Translations under genes and position numbers: made by a program
Source: a plasmid
Sequence record: NZ_CP017205.1
Length of the DNA: 30,176 bases
Reading direction: 5' to 3' (one strand)
Notes under the pieces: model-generated
Told to the model about the DNA's origin: nothing
Databases searched by the model: none
What the model saw: only the letters and a program-made list of their open reading frames with translations
Shown: piece after piece, positions 1-8,977 of the stretch
How the letters are laid out: every line of letters starts with the position of its first letter
Position numbering within the stretch: position 1 is the first letter of the stretch

Positions 1-6
1 ATTTTA

Positions 7-35
7 TTGACAAAAATATTAGTTTTTGCTATCAT
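7..35 (+). promoter_or_regulatory. sigma70-like promoter candidate (TTGACA-N17-TATCAT) upstream of the first late-operon gene
   Basis: ttgaca at 7-12, a 17-nt spacer, tatcat at 30-35; an aaaagg RBS and GTG start at 66 follow. It lies in the gap between the terminase stop (window end) and the portal candidate. Confidence 0.3.
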
Positions 36-65
36 ACATCTAATTTAATAAAGAGAAGTAAAAAG

Positions 66-1292
66 GTGTGTGATTTAAGAAAAACAAAACTAATAGATAA
101 AATAAGTTCACTAGAACTATACAAATACTCAATATTTTTTAGAAATTACATTGAAAATGTAGCAGAAGATTGCCTCAAGAACGGACTTATTCTTGAGAGT
201 GCTGCCCACAATGTTAGTGAGGTTGAACTTGCTAGGTTAAAGGTACAGCTTAAGAATGCTCTGCTTAATTGTATTATAAGCTACCGTTTTCATGGGATTG
301 GCTATGTTTTAGTAAAAACCAAAGATACCCTAATAGATCTCGAACAACCCGTTAATATAGAATTACCTATTGGTTTTGAATACCTTGATTATGAATATGT
401 AAGAGATTTGGGAGTTGATTTTGATCATATAACCTATAAAGTAAAATCCAACAATAAGAACAATTCTTTAGACGCAGTTAAAATACATAAAAGTCGACTT
501 ATCATATATGAAAACTTTGATTATATCTTAAAAAGATATGTTCCGTGTTATACCGAAAGCTTTTTACTAGATATTTATTTATTTGAAAAGATATACGTAG
601 AAATAGAAAGACGTATTGAAAACCACAATTTTTTGTTTTACAAAGATGAATCTTTAGTACAACTACAAGACGCACTTTCTAGTGCAACAACTTCTTTAAG
701 TGCACTTACTAAGAGCAGCAATAATGATAGGGGAAGTGGCATTTTATCTTCTTTTTTGAGAAAACAAAATTCAAACAATCATAGTAAAGATATTTCTAAT
801 TTAAGAAACCTTAATGACTCATTGTCACAGGAGCTTGCCAGGCTAAAAAGCAATCTAAATAATGAGGGAATGTTTTATACAGCTACTCCTAGTGCTAGTT
901 TAGAGGTTATTAAATACGATCTTAGCTACTTAAAGGAGGCTTTAGCATTAATTAAGGCAAAAATTGGTGCAGATACTAAAGAGCCCTTAACCAGAAGTTT
1001 TAATGAACAGGCTAAAGGACTGGGAAATGATGGTAAAGGTGATAGGAGTAATTATTACGATTTTCTCAAAGGTGTACAAGAACAAGTTGAGAACTCTTGT
1101 AATTTAAAACTTACAAAGTATTTTGGACTTGATATGAAGTTTAATTCGCTGATTATGTTAAGTGAAGAACAAAAAGTAGAAAGAGATATAAAGCTAATTG
1201 AGCTTTACAGTAAATATAACCAGCTTATACAAAGTAGCTCATTTAATAATGAGGAGCTAGCGATGTTAAAAGAGAAATTATTCTCATTTTGA
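66..1292 (+). CDS. putative phage portal protein (cp32 late operon, first gene after terminase)
   Basis: 408-aa ORF with a GTG start and aaaagg RBS. Its position immediately after TerS/TerL (PBSX-like order) and its size fit a portal. There is no diagnostic motif, so the product is assigned by synteny only. Confidence 0.4.
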   Translation: MCDLRKTKLIDKISSLELYKYSIFFRNYIENVAEDCLKNGLILESAAHNVSEVELARLKVQLKNALLNCIISYRFHGIGYVLVKTKDTLIDLEQPVNIELPIGFEYLDYEYVRDLGVDFDHITYKVKSNNKNNSLDAVKIHKSRLIIYENFDYILKRYVPCYTESFLLDIYLFEKIYVEIERRIENHNFLFYKDESLVQLQDALSSATTSLSALTKSSNNDRGSGILSSFLRKQNSNNHSKDISNLRNLNDSLSQELARLKSNLNNEGMFYTATPSASLEVIKYDLSYLKEALALIKAKIGADTKEPLTRSFNEQAKGLGNDGKGDRSNYYDFLKGVQEQVENSCNLKLTKYFGLDMKFNSLIMLSEEQKVERDIKLIELYSKYNQLIQSSSFNNEELAMLKEKLFSF

Positions 1293-1308
1293 GAAAAGGA
1301 GTTAAAAG

Positions 1309-2001
1309 ATGACTGAGAAAGAAGAAAAAGAAGACCTGCAGGCACAAGATAAAGAAGAGCAGCAAATTAAGGCTGATACTAAAGTTATCAGTGTGCAGGA
1401 ATTTGAAGAGTACATGCGTTTTAAAGAGCAGGCAAATAGTAAATCTAAAGAGACAAGTCGAGATTTAAGTATAAATGAACGAATAACAAAAGAACTTGCA
1501 GAAGTTGAAGAGCGGGAGCGTATTGAAAAGCAATTATTGCTAGAGGCTGAGCGAATTAATGAAATTGATACACTTGCAAAAGCACATCTTAGCAATCATT
1601 TTAACAAAGAGGTGCTACTTGCAAAAGGATATACATTAAAAGACATTATGCAAGCACAACGTAGAGAACTTGTTCGCAAGTTCGTTCCAATTGAGCAAAT
1701 TAAAGCTATTGCCAAAGTATCAGACATAAGTCATATCGATGGGGAGATATTAGAGCAGCTTGTTTCTTTAGCAAAAGTGAATATTAAATTAAGAAAAAAT
1801 GCGAGTAGCAATTCTTCTTCTGTTGACTCTATTAAAGGGAATATTGCTATTAAATCAGAAGAAAGAGCAAGTTTGCTTAATTCTAATTTTGTACCTATTA
1901 ATTTCACAGAATTTGTACAAGCGATAAGTAATACTTACAAGCAAAGACGAATTCAATTTTATGAAAATCTAAAAAGACATAAAAGAACAAGTATTGCTTA
2001 A
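1309..2001 (+). CDS. hypothetical head-morphogenesis protein with an acidic Glu/Lys-rich N-terminus (possible scaffold)
   Basis: 230-aa ORF with RBS aaggag 9 nt upstream. The N-terminus MTEKEEKEDLQAQDKEEQQ is highly charged and coiled-coil-like. It sits between the portal candidate and the capsid-region paralogs. Confidence 0.45.
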   Translation: MTEKEEKEDLQAQDKEEQQIKADTKVISVQEFEEYMRFKEQANSKSKETSRDLSINERITKELAEVEERERIEKQLLLEAERINEIDTLAKAHLSNHFNKEVLLAKGYTLKDIMQAQRRELVRKFVPIEQIKAIAKVSDISHIDGEILEQLVSLAKVNIKLRKNASSNSSSVDSIKGNIAIKSEERASLLNSNFVPINFTEFVQAISNTYKQRRIQFYENLKRHKRTSIA

Positions 2002-2012
2002 AGGAGTTTTTA

Positions 2013-2576
2013 ATGAGCGATGGTATTACAAAAATAAAAGAAGAGTTTGATAAAAAAGTTGCAGAAATTAAAGCATTAATGAAAAATCCTCAGCAAGATG
2101 CTGGTTTGCTTAGTAATTCTGTAGATTTTAGAGATAAAAATCTAATTTACTCCAATTCGGATGGAGTTTTTACTAGTAGTAAAGACAAAATAGAAAATTA
2201 TCCTGCTAAAGGGTATCCATACAAGCGTGGAGTCAAGCTTAGTTTTAGTGCAGATGGTACAACAGAACTAGAAGTTGAGGCTGGTGGTGGGGATGACTTG
2301 TACGGAATATGCACTGATATAGATGAGTTTACTGGCATGGCAACTGTAGTTCCAATTACAAATAACTTCACGGGGTATTTAACATTTAAGAAAAATGGAA
2401 ATGGTGTAAACCCAGGTGATAAGCTGCATTTTAATGCACAAGGAGAGCTTGAAAAGAATGGGGGAAATGATAAATCTGTTAATGCTATAGCACTTTCAAA
2501 AGTACATAAATTAACCGAAGAGTTATCTATAGTGCTTGCTAGTGTTTTTGGGAATAGAGCTTTAAAAGGTAATTAA
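2013..2576 (+). CDS. head-region paralog 1 of 3 (tandem triplicated family)
   Basis: 187 aa, RBS aaaggag. Shares the motifs GYPYKRGVKL, LYGICxDIDEF, VPITNNFxGYL, INAIALS and VFGNRALK with the next two ORFs. Confidence 0.6.
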   Translation: MSDGITKIKEEFDKKVAEIKALMKNPQQDAGLLSNSVDFRDKNLIYSNSDGVFTSSKDKIENYPAKGYPYKRGVKLSFSADGTTELEVEAGGGDDLYGICTDIDEFTGMATVVPITNNFTGYLTFKKNGNGVNPGDKLHFNAQGELEKNGGNDKSVNAIALSKVHKLTEELSIVLASVFGNRALKGN

Positions 2577-2579
2577 ATT

Positions 2580-3347
2580 ATGGCTTTAAAAGGCAAAGGG
2601 CAAGCTAAAGCTCCTAATGTTGATGATAATCCACAATTAGGGCTAGAATCAGAAATTCCAGTTGCTCCTAGATCTAAACGTCAAACAAGACAGGCTGAAG
2701 AAGTACAGGCAAAAGATCCTTATTTAGATTCAGTTAAAGAACTTGACGATGTTCTTTTAAAATTTAAAAAATATTCAAAATCAATGAGTTCGATTGAAAA
2801 TAAGGTTTTTAGTAGTTCGGGTGGTTGTTTTAAATCAAAGAATGAGCGAGTTAATGCTTATTCTTTTACATGTTCAAGCTTTGCAGACAAAATAGAAGAA
2901 TATTTTTACGACCCAGCAAATAGTTTTCCATATAAGCGTGGGGTTAAACTTGTTCCAAAAGAGAACTCTATATATGTTGAAGTTGGTGCTGATACTGATA
3001 TGTATGGGATATGTGTAGATGTATGTGAGTTTAGTAGTACTGCGTATGTATTGCCAATTACGAATAACTTTGAAGGGTATCTTGTTACAAGAAATCCGAG
3101 TATAAAAATGGGAGAAATATTGGATATAAATAACAATGGGGTTATTATCAAGGCTGGTGGTGGGCCACCAACCGTAATTAATGCATATGCCCTCTCTGAT
3201 TCATTTACAATCAATTTTGCACCCGAAGATGAATATCAAGATCAAGCTAAATATCCCAAACAAGAGTATTCTATTAATTTGATAAAAGTTGCAATTTTTG
3301 GCAATAGAGGCCTTGAGAAAACAGTAACACCTGAAGCTGGTGGTTAA
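2580..3347 (+). CDS. head-region paralog 2 of 3, with a unique ~100-aa N-terminal extension
   Basis: 255 aa. Its C-terminal 150 aa align with paralogs 1 and 3 (FPYKRGVKL, MYGICVDVCEF, LPITNNFEGYL, INAYALS, AIFGNRGLEK). Its N-terminus is Lys/Gln-rich and not shared. Confidence 0.55.
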   Translation: MALKGKGQAKAPNVDDNPQLGLESEIPVAPRSKRQTRQAEEVQAKDPYLDSVKELDDVLLKFKKYSKSMSSIENKVFSSSGGCFKSKNERVNAYSFTCSSFADKIEEYFYDPANSFPYKRGVKLVPKENSIYVEVGADTDMYGICVDVCEFSSTAYVLPITNNFEGYLVTRNPSIKMGEILDINNNGVIIKAGGGPPTVINAYALSDSFTINFAPEDEYQDQAKYPKQEYSINLIKVAIFGNRGLEKTVTPEAGG

Positions 3348-3375
3348 GCCTTGGGCAATAAAAGGAGTTAAACAA

Positions 3376-3951
3376 ATGGCAGACACAACGCAATTAGTAA
3401 AAGATTATCAAGAGAAGAGAAGTAAACTTGAAAAGTTTATGAAAAATTCCCAGCATGACGCTGGTTTGCTTAGCAATTCTATAGAGTTTAGAGATAAAAA
3501 CATACAATTTTTTGCCTCTGGAGGCACTAGAACCAGCAAATTTGACAAATTAGAAAATCATCCATTTTCTGGGTATCCATATAAGCGTGGGGTAAAAAGA
3601 GTTATTCAAGAGGAAAAAGCTGATCAAATTCACTATGAACCCCACGTTGAGGCTGGTGGTGAAGATGATTTATACGGAATATGCATTGATATAGATGAGT
3701 TTAGCAAAACAGCCACTATTGTTCCAATTACAAATAATTTTGAGGGTTATTTAGTAGCAAAAGATTCTACGCTTAAAGTAAAAGACAAACTTGTTTTTAA
3801 TAAAGACGGTGCTCTTGAAAAGGTGACTGGAGCACCACCAAATAAGGCAACTATTAATGCAATAGCGTTGTCTGATGCAAAACAAATTAGTAACGATGTT
3901 TATTTAATAAAAGTAGCAGTATTTGGAAATAAAGCTGTAAGTAAAAATTAA
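3376..3951 (+). CDS. head-region paralog 3 of 3
   Basis: ATG at 3376 is preceded by aaaggag (3361-3367). The ORF track starts at 3340, overlapping the upstream gene, but the RBS-supported start is preferred. About half the residues look identical to paralog 1 across the shared region (DAGLLSNSxxFRDKN, GYPYKRGVK, DDLYGICIDIDEF, VPITNNFEGYL). Confidence 0.6.
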   Translation: MADTTQLVKDYQEKRSKLEKFMKNSQHDAGLLSNSIEFRDKNIQFFASGGTRTSKFDKLENHPFSGYPYKRGVKRVIQEEKADQIHYEPHVEAGGEDDLYGICIDIDEFSKTATIVPITNNFEGYLVAKDSTLKVKDKLVFNKDGALEKVTGAPPNKATINAIALSDAKQISNDVYLIKVAVFGNKAVSKN

Positions 3952-3972
3952 TGATATTTGGGAGGATTTAAT

Positions 3973-4932
3973 ATGGAATTATTTGATGAAAATTATTATG
4001 CAAAAGCTGTGGCTAATATTATAGGGGAAGTTAAAGATCCTATAATGTATAAATGGTTTTCGCCTGATCAAATTGAAGATGTTGATCTTCAGATGGGCTA
4101 CCAAAGAACTGTAAAGTGGGATGCGTTTTTAAATGCTAATCCTACAACGATTGCTAATGAGGTTAATACTATTTCAACTATTGGATTTAGTTCTGAAGTG
4201 GTAAGACTTAATTACTTAAAATTACAGTACAAATTTAGGCACTTAAAGCAGGCGTCTGAAAAATTTTACACTTCAGACTCATATCTTGGTGACATTAATA
4301 ACAATTTACTTCCTTTCTCTCAAGCCTATAAGCTTGCAAGTAGCGAGATTATTAAACTTATTAATCACTTTGTACTAACAGGCACTGTTTCAATTCAAAA
4401 AGATGGAAAAAATCAAAAACGTCTACTTCCCAATATGTATGGACTTCTTAATATGCCACATCAAGTAAAAGAAGAAGTTGCTAGTGGTGATAAAGATAAA
4501 ATGGATAAAATATTTGAAAAAATTGAGGCGGGACTTTCAAAGTTAGAGCTAGGAGACGAATTTTCTACACCTATGATGGTAATAGTTGACCCTACAACTT
4601 CGCTCAAACTCGTAAAGCCATACGCAGCAGCACAGGGTGCAGCAAGTAGCTGCGAAAAATGGGAGGATGTTTTGATTCAAACTATTAAGGCTATTAATAA
4701 TAGAGAAGATGTCTACATTGAAACTTCAAACTTGCTAAAACATCAAATACTTATTTACCCATTAAACCCAGAGCTTATTAAGTTTAAACCTAGCAAGTAT
4801 ATGTTACCTACACCAAATGAACAAGTGGATAAAGATTCAACTGATATTGCTCATTCATACATTGATTTTGTTTTAGGAGGGCTACTTGCTACTAGAAAAA
4901 CTATTTTGCAAGTACATATTAAACAAAGTTAA
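3973..4932 (+). CDS. putative major capsid protein
   Basis: ATG at 3973 with RBS gggagga at 3960-3966. The ORF track begins at a TTG at 3958. About 320 aa, positioned after the scaffold and paralog genes, with size compatible with an HK97-fold capsid protein. The call is by synteny only. Confidence 0.4.
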   Translation: MELFDENYYAKAVANIIGEVKDPIMYKWFSPDQIEDVDLQMGYQRTVKWDAFLNANPTTIANEVNTISTIGFSSEVVRLNYLKLQYKFRHLKQASEKFYTSDSYLGDINNNLLPFSQAYKLASSEIIKLINHFVLTGTVSIQKDGKNQKRLLPNMYGLLNMPHQVKEEVASGDKDKMDKIFEKIEAGLSKLELGDEFSTPMMVIVDPTTSLKLVKPYAAAQGAASSCEKWEDVLIQTIKAINNREDVYIETSNLLKHQILIYPLNPELIKFKPSKYMLPTPNEQVDKDSTDIAHSYIDFVLGGLLATRKTILQVHIKQS

Positions 4933-4951
4933 AAACATAAGGTAAATCGAA

Positions 4952-5407
4952 GTGAGCGAACAAAAAAACTTACAAACACAAGTTGAGGCTGAAGAAGAAC
5001 TTTTGGTAACAAAACTTCATTCTGAAGTGTTATTGTTACTAGGAATAGACAAACTTGCATTAAGCAGACAAAATTTTCTACTTCATTTATCTTTACTTCA
5101 AGCTATTCTAGTAACACGTGGTATTGATGCTAGTTCACTTACATATGAACAAATATTTTTACTTACCTTTTACCATATGGGTTGTCAATTAAGAAAACAG
5201 GGAGTTGTTCGAGAATTTGAATTTGATAGGATCAAAAAAGAGAAATTCAATGAACTTGAACTTGATTATTATCCTAGTAGCAGTGGAGGCGAAGAAGGTG
5301 GCGAGGGGGGTTGTGGCTCAAACAAGAATTTTTGTTCACAACTTGATGCATTTTTAGAAAAACTAAAAAGAGAAACTTCAACGCCATCTTGTGTGGGAGT
5401 TGTCTAA
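4952..5407 (+). CDS. hypothetical late-operon protein (head completion/connector region)
   Basis: GTG start with an aagg RBS, 151 aa, and a Gly/Glu-rich C-terminal tail. Tightly packed with its neighbours. Confidence 0.5.
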   Translation: MSEQKNLQTQVEAEEELLVTKLHSEVLLLLGIDKLALSRQNFLLHLSLLQAILVTRGIDASSLTYEQIFLLTFYHMGCQLRKQGVVREFEFDRIKKEKFNELELDYYPSSSGGEEGGEGGCGSNKNFCSQLDAFLEKLKRETSTPSCVGVV

Positions 5408-5790
5408 TGAATGGTGTTAGAAAAAGACTTTCTGATATGTCATTTCGCATGATCAACGTATTTAAGGATCCTAAACCCTTAAAGTTTTATAAAGGTACTG
5501 TTGTAAAGCTTGAAAATGATTCTTCTTATCAGAGAGTATTTGATAAAAATAAGTACACTGAATTCGCAGGAGTTATTATTGACATAAAGCCACAAGAACT
5601 TGCAATTCTTTATGATTCTGATATGTCTGATATTCAAGGATATTCCAAACTTTACACATATCAAGACCTTAACTATGAACTAAAAGACCGAATATCAATT
5701 GCAGATTTAGTTTACTTTGAAATATTTAGTATTGACTCTTCAATCGGATATTTTACTTTGGTTTTAAAGGAATTTATATGGACAAACTAG
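5407..5790 (+). CDS. hypothetical late-operon protein
   Basis: ATG at 5407 overlaps the upstream stop as TAATG, and tgggag precedes it as an RBS. The ORF track's longer start at 5389 lies inside the upstream gene. Confidence 0.5.
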   Translation: MNGVRKRLSDMSFRMINVFKDPKPLKFYKGTVVKLENDSSYQRVFDKNKYTEFAGVIIDIKPQELAILYDSDMSDIQGYSKLYTYQDLNYELKDRISIADLVYFEIFSIDSSIGYFTLVLKEFIWTN

Positions 5791-6167
5791 AATTTAAAAT
5801 GGAATTGGAAATTGGGTGGTTTGGTGGTCGTGCAGGTATTGCTAAAATGCATGAAAAAGGGAGTAGCAATTTACCAGCAAGAAAACATTTAACCAAAATT
5901 GCTAGTAGTTCTGAGTTTAGAGAATATATCAATAATAGCTATATAAATTCTAAGTTTAATCTTGACCCTAAATCGGGAATGGAGGCTATTGGACAAGCTT
6001 TTATAAGGTACTATGAAAATTATCTACTATCAGCACAAGTCACTCCAGCCTTAAAGGCTAATACAATCAAAAGTAAGTTTAAAAGGGGTAGTAACACTGC
6101 AGCAATTCCACTTGTTGATACAGCCAAAATGTTATCAGAGATTACTTATAAGGTAACACTTGAATGA
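5778..6167 (+). CDS. hypothetical late-operon protein
   Basis: 129-aa ORF with an ATG start that overlaps the upstream gene's end. No recognisable motif. Confidence 0.5.
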   Translation: MDKLEFKMELEIGWFGGRAGIAKMHEKGSSNLPARKHLTKIASSSEFREYINNSYINSKFNLDPKSGMEAIGQAFIRYYENYLLSAQVTPALKANTIKSKFKRGSNTAAIPLVDTAKMLSEITYKVTLE

Positions 6168-6730
6168 TTTTCACTTTAGATATGGTATTAAATCATTTAA
6201 CTCAAATATTTAAAGGGTTTAAGGCGTATGCAACTGAAAATAATTTTGAGTGCGATATCATAAATACCTACAATCATCCATATCTTTCAAAAATCACAGC
6301 TGCTAGCTCAAATATAATAGCATTGAAATTTGATGGTACAGAAAATCTATTTGATCATAATTCTAGAGCCGGTGTATTTTATGAAAATGCTTTGGAATTT
6401 AGTATAAATTTTCAAATATATATTATTGCAATAGTGTTAAATGCCAAAGACTTTGACGCTAATTCACGCATGTTAATGCTTTATAGTATGCTTAGTGACT
6501 TTTTGCACAATAAAGCTCATAAGTATACTTTGCCCAGTCTACAACCCGACTATATTAATAAAATTAACTTCTACATTTACCCAACATCTAATATGCAAAC
6601 AGTTGGACTGATTAATTTAGGCACAAAATATAGCAACCATGCATACAGTGCATCTATAGCATTTAATGCTAGTGTAAAAGCAACCGAAATTTTAAAGGAG
6701 GAATACAAAATTGCCGCAAGATACAATTAG
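6164..6730 (+). CDS. hypothetical late-operon protein (tail completion region)
   Basis: 188-aa ORF coupled to its neighbour by an ATGA overlap. No recognisable motif. Confidence 0.5.
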   Translation: MIFTLDMVLNHLTQIFKGFKAYATENNFECDIINTYNHPYLSKITAASSNIIALKFDGTENLFDHNSRAGVFYENALEFSINFQIYIIAIVLNAKDFDANSRMLMLYSMLSDFLHNKAHKYTLPSLQPDYINKINFYIYPTSNMQTVGLINLGTKYSNHAYSASIAFNASVKATEILKEEYKIAARYN

Positions 6731-7823
6731 TGTAAGTTTGCTTGACTCTAGAATTCAAGCTAGTAGGCCCAATTATTATAATCCACTTTTGGTTTACAAA
6801 ACAGCTAAAATCAAAGTTAATAAAGATGCTGCTAACTTTGTAACATTGAATTTAACCGTTAATAACTATGAAAAACAAATTGAAACTTTGGAAAAAGATA
6901 ATGGGAATGGACAAGATCAGTTTGGAAAAGAAAAGACACTACTTAAAACCGCAATGTCTAATTTTTTCAATTCAAGTGAAGAATCATTAAAATCTGCTGT
7001 TCTTTTTATTTATAAGGATAAACCCGAAGAGTTAAAAAAATATCTTAAAGTACATAGACACACTTTTGTTGTACTTATAAATACTGAGGGTGATAATTCC
7101 GATGATGGACTTAAGATTTATAAAGATGATTATGATAAGTTTAAAACACCTTCAATTTTTTTTGTATTCTCAACTAAAGAACAAGAAATAAAAGAACTTT
7201 TCAAGGATAAAAGCAATACTGAAAAAGAAAGAAATATTGTTGTTTACAGTAACAATAAAGATAACTTACACCTCAAATTTGTAAGTCAATATTTGCATCA
7301 AGCAAGTATTTCCCATGCTGTAAATCCTTATGGTATGCCACTGGCTGCTACACCGCTTGTTGACGACACTGTAATTGGAAAGTTACGAACTGCAAAAATT
7401 AATTTTTATACACTTCTTAATGAAACGGGTCTTGATGGTATGCCTGCTTTTAAAGAGGGGGTTGATCTAGCTGGAGGTGCAATAGACGAGCAGTTTACAT
7501 ATCACTATATAAAAAATGAAGCAATTATTGAGCTTATTAGAATTTGGAATAAAAACAATAGACAAAACAGCAAATTATCTGCACTGCAACTTAGTGGGGC
7601 TAGAGATAATGCATATACTTCAGCAATTGAGTGTCTACTTAAAAGGTTTGTAGATAGAGGACTTATTATACAGTATAAAAATTTAAGGCTTACTCTTTCT
7701 CCTACACCACAACTTAAATTAGAACTTAGCGTGAATATTACTTATAACTTTAGCATCAATGCTGTTGCTTTAGTAATTACTACTCAAGATATAGTTGATT
7801 ATCAAAACAGCTTAAGTGCTTAA
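6711..7823 (+). CDS. putative contractile tail sheath protein
   Basis: TTG start with a strong RBS aaaggagg (6695-6702), 370 aa. It is immediately followed by a ~140-aa tube-sized ORF, the canonical sheath-tube order. phiBB-1 is reported to have a contractile tail. No fold-level motif was verified. Confidence 0.4.
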   Translation: MPQDTISVSLLDSRIQASRPNYYNPLLVYKTAKIKVNKDAANFVTLNLTVNNYEKQIETLEKDNGNGQDQFGKEKTLLKTAMSNFFNSSEESLKSAVLFIYKDKPEELKKYLKVHRHTFVVLINTEGDNSDDGLKIYKDDYDKFKTPSIFFVFSTKEQEIKELFKDKSNTEKERNIVVYSNNKDNLHLKFVSQYLHQASISHAVNPYGMPLAATPLVDDTVIGKLRTAKINFYTLLNETGLDGMPAFKEGVDLAGGAIDEQFTYHYIKNEAIIELIRIWNKNNRQNSKLSALQLSGARDNAYTSAIECLLKRFVDRGLIIQYKNLRLTLSPTPQLKLELSVNITYNFSINAVALVITTQDIVDYQNSLSA

Positions 7824-7837
7824 AAGGGGGGCTAAAA

Positions 7838-8266
7838 ATGCAATTTTATGATTTAAGAGAAGTTTATTTTTCAATTGGTGGTACGCAGTTACATAGTGGC
7901 AAGCTAGAGCTTACAAGCGAACCCACAACAAGAGCAGTGATTAGTAGTGAAGATAAAGGTATGCCTGTAATAAGCTTAAGAGATCCCAAAACAATAACTT
8001 ATGTTTTCAACATTGAAGTTACTTTGGGTAGTCATGACTACATTTTGTTAACTGAACTTTCTGATGAACAGTTTTACAACATGGACGTGAGAAAAGAGGA
8101 TAAAATGCTTGATTTAGCATTCAATGATAGAATTGCTACCAAAATTATTTCTAACTATGCAATTTTTACTGAAGAGCCTTCAAGAAGTTATTCTGCTGAG
8201 GCCGAAAAAGTATCTTTTGAAATTAGGGCTATTAATTGCCAAAAATCTAAACCAAACAACTCTTAA
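7838..8266 (+). CDS. putative tail tube protein
   Basis: 142-aa ORF with RBS aaaggggg. The call rests on its position directly after the sheath candidate. Confidence 0.4.
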   Translation: MQFYDLREVYFSIGGTQLHSGKLELTSEPTTRAVISSEDKGMPVISLRDPKTITYVFNIEVTLGSHDYILLTELSDEQFYNMDVRKEDKMLDLAFNDRIATKIISNYAIFTEEPSRSYSAEAEKVSFEIRAINCQKSKPNNS

Positions 8267-8281
8267 AAGGAGATTCTTATT

Positions 8282-8737
8282 ATGATAATGAGATATAAAA
8301 TGAAAATTTTAACTAAAAATAAAACTTATGAATATCCGCTGAGAGTACTTCCCGTCTATGAATGGGATAAAGTGCTAGGATTTAATCAAAGTGACGCTGT
8401 TTTAAAGCTTAATGAGGTTAAATTCTTAAGAGAAATCACAAGCTTAATGATAAGTCCAAAATTTTTAGACGAATTCTATGTGATTTTGGATCAAAATAGA
8501 GAATTTATTTCTTATTATAAGGACTATCTTGTTGCAATAATTTACACTGCACAATTTAATACTTTTCATTTAGACAATGATCTAAAAAAGCCCGCTTTAG
8601 TATATTTGAGTGAGTATGAAAATAATGTTGGTGATTTTGTTGCTTTTGACTATATTAATGAAAACTTTGATTATGAAAAAGTAGCCACTTCGCTTTCATC
8701 AAGTACATCAAATTCCAATGAGCTGGTTGCTAAATGA
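8282..8737 (+). CDS. hypothetical protein (tail assembly chaperone position)
   Basis: 151-aa ORF with RBS aaaggag, located between the tube and the tape measure. Confidence 0.45.
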   Translation: MIMRYKMKILTKNKTYEYPLRVLPVYEWDKVLGFNQSDAVLKLNEVKFLREITSLMISPKFLDEFYVILDQNREFISYYKDYLVAIIYTAQFNTFHLDNDLKKPALVYLSEYENNVGDFVAFDYINENFDYEKVATSLSSSTSNSNELVAK

Positions 8738-8970
8738 GCAAAAGAAATAGAGATATTGATAAAGCTATTGCAAGTCTTGATGAGACTAGAAAAAAATATT
8801 TTAACTTGCTTGACGAGATTAAGAACGATAAATACTTTTTCCCAGTAATTATGAATATTTGCTCATACTACTCGGTTAAAAAATTGCCTTATGACGAGCT
8901 TTTAGAAGTCAATAGACTTGCTGAGATTAAATTAGAAAAAGAATTGTATGAATTAATTTTAAGCAAGTGA
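8734..8970 (+). CDS. hypothetical small protein (tail assembly chaperone position)
   Basis: 78 aa, ATGA-coupled to the upstream ORF, immediately upstream of the tape-measure candidate. Confidence 0.4.
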   Translation: MSKRNRDIDKAIASLDETRKKYFNLLDEIKNDKYFFPVIMNICSYYSVKKLPYDELLEVNRLAEIKLEKELYELILSK

Positions 8971-8977
8971 GGACTTA

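Noticed and set aside
1302-1595. 97-aa minus-strand ORF antisense to the second late gene
   Set aside because: It lies wholly inside a better-supported + strand ORF that has an RBS. The Ser/Cys-rich product is typical of antisense translation of Glu/Lys-rich coding DNA.
2906-3386. Minus-strand ORFs (102 and 61 aa) inside paralog 2 and at the paralog 2/3 junction
   Set aside because: They are embedded in the conserved paralog family coding frames and have no translation signals.
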